A DNA stretch of 64,000 nucleotides from Lachnospiraceae bacterium (GCA_900768755.1 CAAGDV010000025.1:39355-103354); one strand, 5' to 3'; numbered from the stretch's first letter, positions 37,681 through 48,269 are shown. Notes: generated from the letters alone by a model not told the origin. Made by a program: numbers and translations.

Positions 37681-39421
37681 TGCATAATTCAATTTTATCG
37701 ATATCCGGTGCGATTACCATTGAATAGTTGGTATGGTATATGACAAAACCGTAGGCTGCGCCGTTCACTTTTTTGACATGCTGGCGTTTGACATAATCAA
37801 CTTCAACCTTGGGCTGGTTGCGGCCTTTTGAATAGTATGCCGCAAGGGCGGCAGCTTCCTCAAAGGTTGAATCCGGGATGTCGCGGCCGTTGCATTTGAC
37901 AATGACGTGGGAGCCCGGCATGTCCTTTGCATGGAACCACCAGTCGGATGAGTCTGCAAGCTTAAATGTCAGTTCCTCGTTCTGAATATTGTTTTTGCCT
38001 ACCCAGATATCAAATCCGTCGGAGGATAGATAGTGCCACGGCTTACTCTCGGAACGCGCGGACTTTTGCCTGCCGTGGTCGGATTTCTTGCGGATATATC
38101 CGAAAGTCTCAAGCTCTTTTCGGATATCCGTGAGGGCTTCGTAGTCCGAGATGATTTCAAGCGAGGTCCACACGGACTCAAGATGAGCAATCTCGTCACT
38201 TGTGGATTTAATCTGTTCGGTCATAGCCTCAAAAGTCCTTTTGAGCTTATTGTACCGGGCAAAATATTTTACGCTGTTCTCCCGCACCGTGAGGGCAGGG
38301 TCAAGCGGGATGGTAATCATGGTGTTGTCATAATAATTGAGAGCCTCAAATTCCTCTGCTCCCTCGGGAATATTATATCCGTATGCGTTCAAAAGCTCGC
38401 CGTATATTCTGTAGGTGTCGCGCTTTTTGGTGTCTTCAAGCTGTTTCTGCTGCAAATCCAGTTTTTTGTAATCCTTTTCCAAAAGACCGGACACAATCTG
38501 GCGAAGGTCGGCAGAATGGTTGCGGACTCTGGAAATTGCGTTTTTCTCGGAATAGAAGGCCTCAAGCATGGAACTGATTGTATAAAAATCCGTGGCGGGA
38601 AGACCGGCATACGCGCTCAGTTCTGTTACGCCAAAATCCTTCGGGCGGTTGTTCTCATAGTAAATTGCGGGCGAATACGCCGAATTCTTAAGCTTCGCCA
38701 TAACCGCATCGAAACAATCGTACAGCTTTTTGAGGTCAGAATCTGAAAGAATCGCTGCGTTTAGCGACGAATCCAGACCTGCGCTTACACACATGCTCTC
38801 GGCAACAATCGGACTTATGCCGGTATACGAGGTGTAGATGGCTTTTGACATGGCGATTGGTTTAGTGCGCAAAAGACCTGCAAATTCGGCAAAAGATGTA
38901 TCAAGCGGGTTGCGTTTATCGCCGGTGTTCGGTATAAAATATGTTCCGCCCGGAAGAACCTCCCTGACAGAGCTTATGCCCGCATTAATTCTTTTTATGC
39001 TGTCGATGATACGGTTGTTGTCATTAAGAAAAATAATGTTGCTGTGTTTGCCCATAAGCTCAATCATTATATGCTTGGTGCACAAATCGCCCATCTCGTC
39101 AAGGTGTTCAATTGTTATGTCGAGGATTCGCTCTAGTCCCGGCTGCGTGATTGAGACAATCCTGCCGTTGTTAAGGTGTTTGCGAAGCAACATGCAAAAA
39201 CCCGGTGCGGTGAGCGGGGCTGTTTTGTTCGTATCGGTCAGATATAACAGCGGAAGGCTTGCGTTGACCGAAACCAACAGGCGGAAGGTTTTGGAAAAAG
39301 TCTTTATGGTGAAAAAAAGTTCGTCTTTTTCTGTCTGGGCTATTTTGTTGATTCGCCCCTGGGAGAGGGCGCTGTTAAGTTCCTGCGCCAGTGCATGCAC
39401 GCAGAGTCCGTCAAATGCCAT
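37676..39421 (-). CDS. rqcH: NFACT-family ribosome quality-control protein (RqcH / FbpA-like)
   Basis: MAFDGLCVHALAQEL…KIAQTEKDELFFT N-terminal NFACT-N, coiled-coil middle, C-terminal NFACT-R. Confidence 0.8.
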   Translation of the reverse strand: MAFDGLCVHALAQELNSALSQGRINKIAQTEKDELFFTIKTFSKTFRLLVSVNASLPLLYLTDTNKTAPLTAPGFCMLLRKHLNNGRIVSITQPGLERILDITIEHLDEMGDLCTKHIMIELMGKHSNIIFLNDNNRIIDSIKRINAGISSVREVLPGGTYFIPNTGDKRNPLDTSFAEFAGLLRTKPIAMSKAIYTSYTGISPIVAESMCVSAGLDSSLNAAILSDSDLKKLYDCFDAVMAKLKNSAYSPAIYYENNRPKDFGVTELSAYAGLPATDFYTISSMLEAFYSEKNAISRVRNHSADLRQIVSGLLEKDYKKLDLQQKQLEDTKKRDTYRIYGELLNAYGYNIPEGAEEFEALNYYDNTMITIPLDPALTVRENSVKYFARYNKLKRTFEAMTEQIKSTSDEIAHLESVWTSLEIISDYEALTDIRKELETFGYIRKKSDHGRQKSARSESKPWHYLSSDGFDIWVGKNNIQNEELTFKLADSSDWWFHAKDMPGSHVIVKCNGRDIPDSTFEEAAALAAYYSKGRNQPKVEVDYVKRQHVKKVNGAAYGFVIYHTNYSMVIAPDIDKIELCK

Positions 39422-39489
39422 ATTTTTGCTCCTAAATAATCATTTTTTCACATTATATCACGAAATCACTCTTTTACAAACACCAAAAA

Positions 39490-39686
39490 TGTTGTATAAT
39501 GTACGCGAGCGAAAAACAAGCGACGCCCAAAGGGCGGCATTTGCTTTTCGCCGCGATAACGAGCAAACGCCTGCGGAAGCAGGCGCCAAGCGCGACAGCG
39601 CGGGTTTGCGAGTCATGGAAATGGTACGCGGGCGAAAATTTGCTTTTCGCCGCGATAACGAAGCAATTGTAAAGCGGAGGTGTAGT
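39490..39686 (+). promoter_or_regulatory. GC-rich structured leader with 24-nt direct repeat upstream of the cupin gene
   Basis: -10 TATAAT at 39494. The repeat tttgcttttcgccgcgataacga occurs twice (39540-39563, 39638-39661). Hairpins gcctgcGGAAgcaggc and ggcgaaaatttgcttttcgcc. Confidence 0.4.
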
Positions 39687-40019
39687 ATGCTGTTTGAATA
39701 CGACAAAATACCCGAGACAGTAATCCCCAATTTTAAGGGCGGAGAGAAGGAAGCCATAGCAAAGATGTACAGCGACGGCCTTAACAGGATAATGCTCGGT
39801 CGGTTAAAGCCCGGGGCTTCAATAGGACTTCATACACATGAGACAAACAGCGAGATTGTATATATTATCAGCGGGCGCGGCATAGTGATAATTGACGGCG
39901 AGACGGAAGAATTGTATCCCGGTATCTGTCACTACTGCCCGAAGGGACATACGCATACGATGATTAACAACAGAGAAGATGAAGACCTGGTGATTTTTGC
40001 GGTGGTGCCCGAGCAGTAG
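39687..40019 (+). CDS. cupin-domain protein (111 aa)
   Basis: GLHTHETNSEIVYIISGRG…CPKGHTHT. RBS agcggagg. The N-terminal part of ORF 38838..40019 is spurious (antisense of rqcH). Confidence 0.6.
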   Translation: MLFEYDKIPETVIPNFKGGEKEAIAKMYSDGLNRIMLGRLKPGASIGLHTHETNSEIVYIISGRGIVIIDGETEELYPGICHYCPKGHTHTMINNREDEDLVIFAVVPEQ

Positions 40020-40086
40020 GCTCATTGTATAATTGTTGCTGCACATTGATAAATCTGGTACAATATTCCTATCGGAGGAACATATT

Positions 40087-40965
40087 ATGATAAAAAGCAT
40101 GACAGGGTTTGGACGATGCGAAGTCTCAGACGCCGACAGAAAAATTACGATTGAGATGAAATCGGTCAATCACAGATTTTTTGAACCGAATGTCAAGATG
40201 CCGAAGAAGCTTAACATATACGAGGCCGGCATTAGAACGATTCTCAAGAAATACATTAACAGGGGAAAGGTTGATGTATTTGTTACATACGAGGATTATT
40301 CGGAAAACAAATTCTGCCTGAAATACAATGCAGAGCTTGCGGACGAATACATGAGCATTTTCGGGTACATTGCGGACCAGTACGGAATTGAGAAAGACAT
40401 TAAGGTCTCTACACTTGCGAGGTTTCCTGAGGTTATTACGATGGAGGAGCAGGACAACGACGACGAGGAGCTTTGGCACCTTTTGGAGAAAGCAACGGAG
40501 GATGCCTGCCGGCACTTTGTGGACACGAGAATTACCGAAGGAGAACGCCTTAAGAACGATATAATCAACAAACTTGATTATATGCTCTCTCTTGTGGATA
40601 ACATTGAAGAGAGGAGTCCTGAAGTTGTTTCGGAATACAGAGCAAAGCTTGAGGACAAGGTCAAGGAGCTTTTGTCGGATTCATCAATTGATGAGAGCAG
40701 AATCGCAACCGAGGTTACGATTTTTGCCGACAAAATATGTGTGGATGAGGAGACCGTAAGGTTAAGAAGTCATATTGAGAGCACCAAAGAGACCCTGCTC
40801 GAGGGCGGAAGCGTCGGAAGAAAACTTGATTTTATCGCACAGGAGATGAATCGTGAGGCTAACACAATCCTTTCAAAATCCGGGGACCTGGACATAACCG
40901 ACTGGGGTATCAGCCTTAAGACCGAGATTGAGAAGGTCAGAGAACAGATTCAGAATATTGAGTAG
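40087..40965 (+). CDS. YicC/YloC-family stress-induced protein
   Basis: [10 protein letters not shown]… N-terminus. RBS ggagga. Confidence 0.8.
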   Translation: MIKSMTGFGRCEVSDADRKITIEMKSVNHRFFEPNVKMPKKLNIYEAGIRTILKKYINRGKVDVFVTYEDYSENKFCLKYNAELADEYMSIFGYIADQYGIEKDIKVSTLARFPEVITMEEQDNDDEELWHLLEKATEDACRHFVDTRITEGERLKNDIINKLDYMLSLVDNIEERSPEVVSEYRAKLEDKVKELLSDSSIDESRIATEVTIFADKICVDEETVRLRSHIESTKETLLEGGSVGRKLDFIAQEMNREANTILSKSGDLDITDWGISLKTEIEKVREQIQNIE

Positions 40966-40973
40966 GTGTCGGT

Positions 40974-41243
40974 ATGGGTTTTGTAAATGTTGGCTACGGA
41001 AATATCGTCAATGATAACAGAATAGTTGCGGTGATTTCACCTGATTCAGCACCTGCCAAAAGACTTGTCGGCAAGGCGCGCGATGACGGCATGGTAATTG
41101 ACGCAACACAGGGAAGAAGAACACGGGCGGTTATTATCACTGATGCGGGATATGTTGTTTTATCGGCGATTCTGCCCGACACGGTTGCAGCCAGAGCAAG
41201 AAATTATTGTTCACAGCCGGGAGTAGGAGAAGAGAATGAGTAG
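40974..41243 (+). CDS. remA: DUF370 protein (RemA/YlzA-like regulator)
   Basis: [12 protein letters not shown]…[16 protein letters not shown]. Lies between yloC and gmk as in Bacillus. Confidence 0.75.
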   Translation: MGFVNVGYGNIVNDNRIVAVISPDSAPAKRLVGKARDDGMVIDATQGRRTRAVIITDAGYVVLSAILPDTVAARARNYCSQPGVGEENE

Positions 41244-41856
41244 AGGAAAACTTATTGTAGTGTCAGGTTTTTCCGGTTCGGGCAAAGGAACCGTTATGAA
41301 CCGTCTTGTCGAAAGGTATGACAATTATGCGTTGTCAGTGTCAGCGACGACAAGAGCGCCAAGACCGGGAGAGGTTGAGGGCGTGTCGTATTTTTATAAG
41401 ACCGATGAAGAGTTTCAGATGATGATTGAGCGCGATGAGCTGGTGGAATATGCGGGATATGTAGGGCATTACTACGGAACTCCAAGAGCGTTTGTCGAGG
41501 AAAATCTTTCGGCCGGAAAAGATGTTCTTCTTGAGATAGAGATTCAGGGAGCAATGAAAATCAAAGCCCGCTTCCCGGATGCGGTTCTTTTGTTTATCAC
41601 GCCGCCGAGCGCAAAGGTGTTAAAAGACCGCCTGATTGGCAGGGGCACCGAGACAATGGACGTGATTGACCAGAGACTTGCAAGGGCGGTCAAGGAAGCC
41701 GAGGGAGTTGAGGCTTATGACTATATTGTAGTCAACGATATTTTGGAAGATTGCGTCGAAACTGTTGACAGAATCATAAAAAGTGAGCATAATAGAACAA
41801 GTGACCGCATCAATCTGATATATAACATCAGGGATGAATTAGCAGGTCAGAATTGA
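41236..41856 (+). CDS. gmk: guanylate kinase
   Basis: [13 protein letters not shown]. Confidence 0.95.
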   Translation: MSRGKLIVVSGFSGSGKGTVMNRLVERYDNYALSVSATTRAPRPGEVEGVSYFYKTDEEFQMMIERDELVEYAGYVGHYYGTPRAFVEENLSAGKDVLLEIEIQGAMKIKARFPDAVLLFITPPSAKVLKDRLIGRGTETMDVIDQRLARAVKEAEGVEAYDYIVVNDILEDCVETVDRIIKSEHNRTSDRINLIYNIRDELAGQN

Positions 41857-41869
41857 AGGAGACGATAAA

Positions 41870-42112
41870 ATGATACATCCATCTTATTCAGAATTAATGA
41901 ATGTAATTAACAGCGAAGTTGAGCCGGGCGAGCAGCCGCCTGTACAGAGCAGATACTCAATTGTTATTGCTACATCAAAGAGAGCAAGACAGATTATTGA
42001 CGGAAGCGAGCCGCTTGTGAGCAACGCCCGCAACAAAAAACCGTTGTCGATTGCCGTTGAGGAGCTGTATGACGGCAAGGTTAAGATTGTCGGAGATTCC
42101 GAGGAGGAATAG
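41870..42112 (+). CDS. rpoZ: DNA-directed RNA polymerase subunit omega
   Basis: 80 aa, YSIVIATSKRARQI. Confidence 0.85.
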   Translation: MIHPSYSELMNVINSEVEPGEQPPVQSRYSIVIATSKRARQIIDGSEPLVSNARNKKPLSIAVEELYDGKVKIVGDSEEE

Positions 42113-42120
42113 AGAATTAA

Positions 42121-42960
42121 TTGAATATTATAGAGATTATTAAGGTTATAGTGTTTGGTATTGTCGAAGGCATCACGGAGTGGCTGCCGGTAAGCAGTAC
42201 CGGACATCTGATACTTATTGATGAATTTCTTAAACTCGATGCCGATGAAAGTTTTATCGAGATGTTTGATGTGGTAATACAGCTGGGAGCCATTCTCGCG
42301 GTTGTGGTTATCTACTTCAAAAACTTATGGCCGGTAACTCACAAGGAGTCGGGCAAAGGACTTTGCTTTGATAAGAAGAAGCTTTCTTTGTGGGGCAGGA
42401 TTCTTATCGCATGCGTTCCTGCAGGCATTATCGGAATACTGTTTGATGATTTGATTGATAAGTATTTTTACAATGCATATGTGGTGTCCGTAACGCTTAT
42501 CGTATACGGAATATTGTTTATTCTTGTTGAGATACGCAATAATAAGCGGGAGATTAAGGTTTCGGATGTCACAGGCATCACGATAAAGACGGCGCTGTAC
42601 ATCGGAATTTTCCAGGTTCTTGCGCTTATTCCGGGAACCTCGCGCTCAGGTGCAACGATTGTTGGAGCCATGTTAATCGGAACATCAAGAACGGCTGCGG
42701 CTGAGTTTACTTTCTATCTGGCAATTCCGGTTATGCTCGGAGCCAGCGCACTGAAGCTTATCAAGTTTGTTGCGAAGGGAGGCGGATTTGCCGCTGACGA
42801 AGTCGCCTATCTGCTCATCGGAATGGCTGTTGCTTTTCTGGTATCCATCGTGGTCATCAAGTTTTTGATGTCTTTCATCAAGAAACACGATTTTAAACCG
42901 TTCGGAATCTATCGGATTATTCTGGGCGCAGGAGTTTTGATATACTTTTTGGCAAAATAG
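42121..42960 (+). CDS. uppP: undecaprenyl-diphosphatase
   Basis: GITEWLPVSSTGHL, PGTSRSGATI. TTG start after gaggagga. Confidence 0.9.
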   Translation: MNIIEIIKVIVFGIVEGITEWLPVSSTGHLILIDEFLKLDADESFIEMFDVVIQLGAILAVVVIYFKNLWPVTHKESGKGLCFDKKKLSLWGRILIACVPAGIIGILFDDLIDKYFYNAYVVSVTLIVYGILFILVEIRNNKREIKVSDVTGITIKTALYIGIFQVLALIPGTSRSGATIVGAMLIGTSRTAAAEFTFYLAIPVMLGASALKLIKFVAKGGGFAADEVAYLLIGMAVAFLVSIVVIKFLMSFIKKHDFKPFGIYRIILGAGVLIYFLAK

Positions 42961-42967
42961 AATTACG

Positions 42968-43009
42968 GCCGCTTTCTGACGATGATGTCTGTCAGAGGCG
43001 GCTTTTTTG
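42968..43009 (+). terminator. rho-independent terminator after uppP
   Basis: Interrupted stem gccgctttctgac…gtcagaggcggc followed by a T6 run. Confidence 0.75.
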
Positions 43010-43079
43010 CTGAAGAAGGGCGGTCTGCGCACCGCCATAAAAATAATGTTGAAAAAACGTATCCGGAGCGCTTTTTTGG

Positions 43080-43108
43080 TTGACGATAAAAATGAAAAAT
43101 GGTATCAT
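43080..43108 (+). promoter_or_regulatory. sigma-A promoter of the aminotransferase gene
   Basis: TTGACG, 17-nt spacer, TATCAT. Confidence 0.55.
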
Positions 43109-43145
43109 TGTCAATAATTACAATGCAGATGCAGGAGGCTTGATT

Positions 43146-44423
43146 ATGAAATACAGTGAAATGTCCGGAGCACAGTTAGAAGAAGAACTTGCGTGTTTGC
43201 GCAAAGAGTATGATGCGCAGATGAAAGCAGGTCTTAAATTGGATATGTCAAGAGGTAAGCCGTCGCCTTTACAGTTGAACGTTACCAACGAATTGCTTGA
43301 CGTAATTAATTCCGGGACAAGCTGTGTTACGGATTCCGGTATTGATTGCAGAAACTACGGAAATCTCGAAGGCATTCCCGAAGCAAGACAGCTTATGGGC
43401 GAGTTTATGAGAGTGCCTGCGGACAATGTTTTTGTGTGCGGCAATGCCAGCTTAAGCATTATGTATGAGTGTATTGCAGGCTCAATGCTTTTCGGAGTTA
43501 TGGGCAGCACGCCGTGGTCAAAGCTCCCCAAGGTAAAATTCCTTTGCCCGGTTCCGGGATACGACAGGCATTTTAAGATAACCGAGCTCATGGGAATAGA
43601 GATGATTAATGTTCCGATGACCGCAGAAGGTCCGGATATGGATATGGTTGAGAAGCTTGTCAGCGAGGACGATGCAATAAAGGGAATCTGGTGCGTGCCT
43701 AAATATTCTAACCCGCAGGGTATCGTGTACTCTGATGAGGTCGTAAGAAGAATGGCTAATCTTAAGCCTAAGGCTTCTGATTTCAGAATATATTGGGACA
43801 ATGCATATGCAATTCACTATATTTATGACGATGATATCGAGATTCCGGAGATTCTTTCCGAGTGTGAGAAAGCCGGTAATCCTGACATGGTATACGAATT
43901 TTGTTCAACCTCTAAGGTAAGTTTTGCCGGCGGCGGAATCTCCGCAATCGCAGCTTCCAAGGCCAATCTGTTGTGGCTGAAGAAAAGACTCATGGTGCAG
44001 ATAATCAGCTTTGACAAAATCAACCAGCTGAGACATGTTTTATATTTCAAAAACGGTGACGGTCTCCGCGCACATATGAGCCGTCATGCAGCTTTTATGC
44101 GGCCGAAGTTTGATGCGGTTATGAAGGTACTTGACGAGGAACTGGTTAAAAGAGGAGCAGGCTCATATATCAAGCCTCTCGGCGGATATTTTATTTCATT
44201 TGAGACGCTTCCCGGCTGCGCCAAAAAGGTTGTCGCAATGTGTAAGGATGCAGGAGTTGTACTGACTGAAGCGGGGGCACCGTTCCCGTACGGAATCGAC
44301 CCCGGAGATTGCGTAATCCGCCTTGCTCCTTCATATCCGTCAATAGAGGAACTCAACAAAGCGGCATCGCTTTTTGCCCTTTGTGTTAGAATTGCAACAA
44401 TTGAAAAGCTTATTGCTGAGTAG
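43146..44423 (+). CDS. PLP-dependent aminotransferase (class I/II fold)
   Basis: 425 aa. SKVSFAGGGIS suggests a Lys-PLP region. RBS gcaggagg. The tracked ORF is extended upstream. Confidence 0.6.
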   Translation: MKYSEMSGAQLEEELACLRKEYDAQMKAGLKLDMSRGKPSPLQLNVTNELLDVINSGTSCVTDSGIDCRNYGNLEGIPEARQLMGEFMRVPADNVFVCGNASLSIMYECIAGSMLFGVMGSTPWSKLPKVKFLCPVPGYDRHFKITELMGIEMINVPMTAEGPDMDMVEKLVSEDDAIKGIWCVPKYSNPQGIVYSDEVVRRMANLKPKASDFRIYWDNAYAIHYIYDDDIEIPEILSECEKAGNPDMVYEFCSTSKVSFAGGGISAIAASKANLLWLKKRLMVQIISFDKINQLRHVLYFKNGDGLRAHMSRHAAFMRPKFDAVMKVLDEELVKRGAGSYIKPLGGYFISFETLPGCAKKVVAMCKDAGVVLTEAGAPFPYGIDPGDCVIRLAPSYPSIEELNKAASLFALCVRIATIEKLIAE

Positions 44424-44435
44424 ACGGGAGGTCTT

Positions 44436-45233
44436 TTGGTGAATACTTTTGGATTTATCGGAATGGGAAACATGGGACATGCCATGCTTAACGGCATACT
44501 TAAAAGATTCGATGCCAATCAGATTATGTTTACGGATGTCTCGGAGGTTATAAGGGTTAATGTTGAGAAGGAGACCAATGTTACTGCGTCACCTACCAAT
44601 ATTGAACTGGCAAACAGCGTAAAATACATTATTCTTGCTGTTAAACCGCAGTATTACGAGACTGTAATAAAAGGTATCCGCAATGTTGTTACCGAGGACA
44701 AAATAGTTATTTCCCTTGCCCCGGGAATTACCATTGAGAAGGTAAAATCTCTTTTTGACAGGGACGTAAGGGTCGTAAGATGCATGCCGAATACGCCTGC
44801 AATGATTGGCGAGGGAATGACGGGCGTGTCGTATGACAGAAGCCTTTTTGACCTTGAAGAGCTTGATGTAATATCGCAGTTTTTCAGTTCTTTTGGTGAG
44901 TTCAGGGTTGTTGAAGAGCGTCTTCTTAACACTGTAACCTGTGTCAGCGGAAGCTCTCCGGCGTATGTATATATGTTTATTGAGGCGCTTGCGGACAGCG
45001 CGGTCAAGTACGGAATGACAAGGGATGACGCAATTACTTTTGCCGCAATGACAGTCAAAGGCGCTGCGGATATGGTTCTTACAACAAAGGAACATCCGGC
45101 CGTGCTTAAGGATCGGGTGTGCTCGCCGGGCGGAACCACAATTGCCGGCGTGTGTGCGCTTGAGGAGAACGGGTTCCGCAATGCGATAATATCCGCAACC
45201 GACAAGTGCTATGAGAAATGTACAAGGATATAA
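44436..45233 (+). CDS. proC: pyrroline-5-carboxylate reductase
   Basis: FIGMGNMG, CSPGGTTIAG. GTG start after gggagg. Confidence 0.9.
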   Translation: MVNTFGFIGMGNMGHAMLNGILKRFDANQIMFTDVSEVIRVNVEKETNVTASPTNIELANSVKYIILAVKPQYYETVIKGIRNVVTEDKIVISLAPGITIEKVKSLFDRDVRVVRCMPNTPAMIGEGMTGVSYDRSLFDLEELDVISQFFSSFGEFRVVEERLLNTVTCVSGSSPAYVYMFIEALADSAVKYGMTRDDAITFAAMTVKGAADMVLTTKEHPAVLKDRVCSPGGTTIAGVCALEENGFRNAIISATDKCYEKCTRI

Positions 45234-45236
45234 TAT

Positions 45237-45776
45237 ATGGGCGGAATCAGAAGAATTAACAGAACTTTGGCATACGAGGGCAAAATACTCGATGTCTATC
45301 TTGATGATATGGAATTTCCTAACGGAGTGGTTGAACAGTGGGATTTTATGTCACACCGTAAGGGCGCTGCCGCAGTTTTGGCAGTGACCGAAGACGGACG
45401 CGTTCCGATGGTCAGGCAGTACCGCAACGCGCTCGGACGCTTCACATGGGAGATACCGGCGGGCTGCCGGGACTCTGCAGACGAGGCGTATGAGCTTTGC
45501 GCTGCAAGGGAATTGGAAGAAGAGACGGGCTACATAGCAGGGCATATTGAACCATTGGTTACCGTTGCGGGAGCCGTGGCATACTGTGATGAGATTGTGC
45601 CCGTGTTTCTGGCAACCAATCTTTCCGTGGGAAAACAGCACCTGGACCCGGCTGAATTTGTTGATGTGAAGCTTTTTGAGCTTTCTGAGCTTGAGGCTAT
45701 GATATACGAACAGAAGATTCAGGACGGAAAGACTATAAGCGCTGTTTTGGCGTACAAAAATAAGTATTGTTCATAA
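45237..45776 (+). CDS. NUDIX hydrolase (ADP-ribose pyrophosphatase-like)
   Basis: Nudix box GCRDSADEAYELCAARELEEETG. Confidence 0.85.
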   Translation: MGGIRRINRTLAYEGKILDVYLDDMEFPNGVVEQWDFMSHRKGAAAVLAVTEDGRVPMVRQYRNALGRFTWEIPAGCRDSADEAYELCAARELEEETGYIAGHIEPLVTVAGAVAYCDEIVPVFLATNLSVGKQHLDPAEFVDVKLFELSELEAMIYEQKIQDGKTISAVLAYKNKYCS

Positions 45777-45805
45777 AGCAAAGCACCGGTTCATATCAAT
45801 AGAAT

Positions 45806-46330
45806 ATGGACAGAAGGTACATATTTTTATTTATTTTCGCATTCGGTGCAGGAATATTATTTACAAATATTTCCGGGGCTGATGCCGTGAATTCATGGCA
45901 TATTTTTTCGGAAAATTACACGTATGCATATTCATCCGTGAAAATCAATTTGAAAAGTGCATATGTGTTTGTCGCCGTAAAAAGGCTTAGGTTATTTTTG
46001 TTTACGCTGGTGGGAAGTTTCACACCTTTCGGCAGAAAATTAGCGGTTTTTCTTTTTGTATGGCTGGGATTTAGTCTTGGCGTGGTAAATTGTGCTATCG
46101 CAATTCAGTACGGAGTCATATATTTTGCCGTGATAACACTTTTACTTTTTTCATATATTTTTTTATTCGGACTCTTTGTGTACGGCATGCTTATCCATTC
46201 TTCCAACAGAAGAGATAAGGCAAAATGGAATGCGTACATGATTCTGGTTTTTTTAGGAGGAGTACTGGCAGAAACGCTGGTGGAAGTGAAACTTTTGCCG
46301 GCTTTTTTAGCTTATGCATTACGACGATAG
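45806..46330 (+). CDS. polytopic membrane protein, possibly stage II sporulation protein M
   Basis: 4–5 TM helices. The spoIIM assignment rests only on nudF–spoIIM–xerD synteny with Bacillus. Confidence 0.35.
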   Translation: MDRRYIFLFIFAFGAGILFTNISGADAVNSWHIFSENYTYAYSSVKINLKSAYVFVAVKRLRLFLFTLVGSFTPFGRKLAVFLFVWLGFSLGVVNCAIAIQYGVIYFAVITLLLFSYIFLFGLFVYGMLIHSSNRRDKAKWNAYMILVFLGGVLAETLVEVKLLPAFLAYALRR

Positions 46331-46346
46331 GGATAAGGGCAGGGGA

Positions 46347-47228
46347 ATGAATCTGGTAATTGAGAAATATCTGACATATCTTTCGACTCAGAAAGGCTCA
46401 AAAAATACGGTGACGGCGTACGGCATCGACCTTTCAAGGCTTTTTGCGTATCTTGAAACAAAGGGCATTTACGACCCCGAAGGAGTTACCTTCACTGATT
46501 TGAATTCATACATTCTTTCACTGGAGAAAAATAACGCATCAATGGCGACGGTTTCCAGAAATGTGTCCTCCATACGCTCCTTTTTTATGTGGCTGTTTAC
46601 GGAAAGGATGATTAAAAGTAACCCGGCGGTCAACCTAAAGGCGCCCAAAATTGTGCGAAAAAAGCCAGAGATACTTACAAAAGAGGAGATGTTAAAGCTT
46701 TTGGATGCACCCGACCGCACGAGTGCAAAAGGACTTCGTGATGCGGCAATTCTTGAACTCTTGTACGCCACGGGGATAAGGGTCAGCGAACTTGTCAACC
46801 TGCGCTGCGCGGAAGTCAATCCTGCGACGAGGTTCTTAAAAATAAAAGATGACAGGCATGAGAGAATGATTCCTTTCGGCGTGCCCGCCCAGAAGGCATT
46901 GCACGATTATCTTTCGGACGGAAGGGACAAGCTGATTAAAAACGCTGATGAGGATATTTTTTTTGTCAATGCAAAGGGTGAGCAGATGACAAGGCAGGGC
47001 GTGTGGAAGATTATTAAGACCTACGGAAAAAATGTCGGAATAACAACGGAGCTGACGCCCCACATCATAAGGCACACATTCGCTGCGCATATGGTGATGA
47101 ACGGGGCTGATTTAAAGACTTTGCAGGAAATACTGGGCCACGAGGATATCACCGCGACCCAGATATATACGGGATTTGCCGATAACAGGCTTGATTACGT
47201 GTATGAAAAAGCACATCCGCGAAGATAA
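46347..47228 (+). CDS. xerD: tyrosine site-specific recombinase XerD/XerC
   Basis: R…HxxRHTFA…LGH…Y catalytic residues. The stop abuts the convergent aroG stop. Confidence 0.85.
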   Translation: MNLVIEKYLTYLSTQKGSKNTVTAYGIDLSRLFAYLETKGIYDPEGVTFTDLNSYILSLEKNNASMATVSRNVSSIRSFFMWLFTERMIKSNPAVNLKAPKIVRKKPEILTKEEMLKLLDAPDRTSAKGLRDAAILELLYATGIRVSELVNLRCAEVNPATRFLKIKDDRHERMIPFGVPAQKALHDYLSDGRDKLIKNADEDIFFVNAKGEQMTRQGVWKIIKTYGKNVGITTELTPHIIRHTFAAHMVMNGADLKTLQEILGHEDITATQIYTGFADNRLDYVYEKAHPRR

Positions 47229-48269
47229 TTAGCATTTCTCGGCGATGGTATAGAGCAGGCGCTCTGTATCATCCCATCCAAGGCACGGGTCGGTGATTGA
47301 TTTGCCGTAAATATGCTCACCGATTTTCTGACATCCCGGTTCAATATAACTCTCAACCATTACTCCTTTTACCAAAGATTTGATGGCAGGATTCATATTT
47401 CTGCTGTGAAGTACATCCATAACGATGCGGACCTGCTCCATATACTGTTTGTTGGAGTTGGAGTGATTAGAGTCCACAATAACCGCACGGCAAAGATGCT
47501 CATGCTCGTCATACAGCTTATTAAGCAAAAGCAGATCTTCGTAGTGATAGTTGGGCACGCACTGGCCCTTTTTGTTGACATATCCGCGGAGTACGCAGTG
47601 AGTGAGGCTGTTGCCGCTTGTGGAAACCTGCGCGCCTCTGTATATAAAAGTGTGCGGGTGTGATGCTGCGTGGACAGAGTTGAGCATCACGTCAAAACCG
47701 CCTGCGGTCGGATTCTTCATTCCGACGGGAACGTCCATTCCGCTTGCGGTGAGTCTGTGCTGCTGGTCCTCAACGGAGCGCGCACCTATTGCAACATAAG
47801 AAAGCGTGTCGTCGCAGTACATCCAGTTCTCCGGATAAAGCATCTCGTCAGCCGGGAAAAATCCGGTCTGTGAGATAACATCAAGGTGAAGCTTACGGAT
47901 GGCTTTGATGCCGGCTTCCATGTCCGGTTTCTTCTCGGGGTCGGGCTGGTGGAGCATTCCTTTGTAGCCGTCGCCTGTGGTTCTCGGCTTATTGGTGTAC
48001 ACACGCGGTATAATGATAACTTTGTCCGATATTTTTTCCTGAACGGCGGCGAGCCTTGACACGTAGTCCAAAACAGCCGCCTCGTTGTCCGCAGAGCACG
48101 GGCCGATTACGGCTAGAAATTTGTCGGATTTCCCGGTGAAAACATCCCTTATCTCCGCATCTTTCTTTCTCTTGAGCTCTTTCTGTTCAGCACTCAAAGG
48201 ATACTCTGATTTAATCTCGTCCGGCGACGGAAGCGCCTTGATAAATTCTATACTCATATTTTCCTCCAA
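47229..48269 (-). CDS. 3-deoxy-7-phosphoheptulonate (DAHP) synthase, class I alpha
   Basis: VIGPCS, AIGARSVEDQQHR, KSITDPCLGWDDTE. Strong resemblance to E. coli AroG. Confidence 0.9.
   Translation of the reverse strand: MEENMSIEFIKALPSPDEIKSEYPLSAEQKELKRKKDAEIRDVFTGKSDKFLAVIGPCSADNEAAVLDYVSRLAAVQEKISDKVIIIPRVYTNKPRTTGDGYKGMLHQPDPEKKPDMEAGIKAIRKLHLDVISQTGFFPADEMLYPENWMYCDDTLSYVAIGARSVEDQQHRLTASGMDVPVGMKNPTAGGFDVMLNSVHAASHPHTFIYRGAQVSTSGNSLTHCVLRGYVNKKGQCVPNYHYEDLLLLNKLYDEHEHLCRAVIVDSNHSNSNKQYMEQVRIVMDVLHSRNMNPAIKSLVKGVMVESYIEPGCQKIGEHIYGKSITDPCLGWDDTERLLYTIAEKC

Noticed and set aside
38838-39686. N-terminal 280 aa of ORF 38838..40019
   Set aside because: Antisense to rqcH and then runs through the GC-rich leader. 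Only the last 111 aa (from the ATG at 39687 with RBS) form a credible cupin gene.
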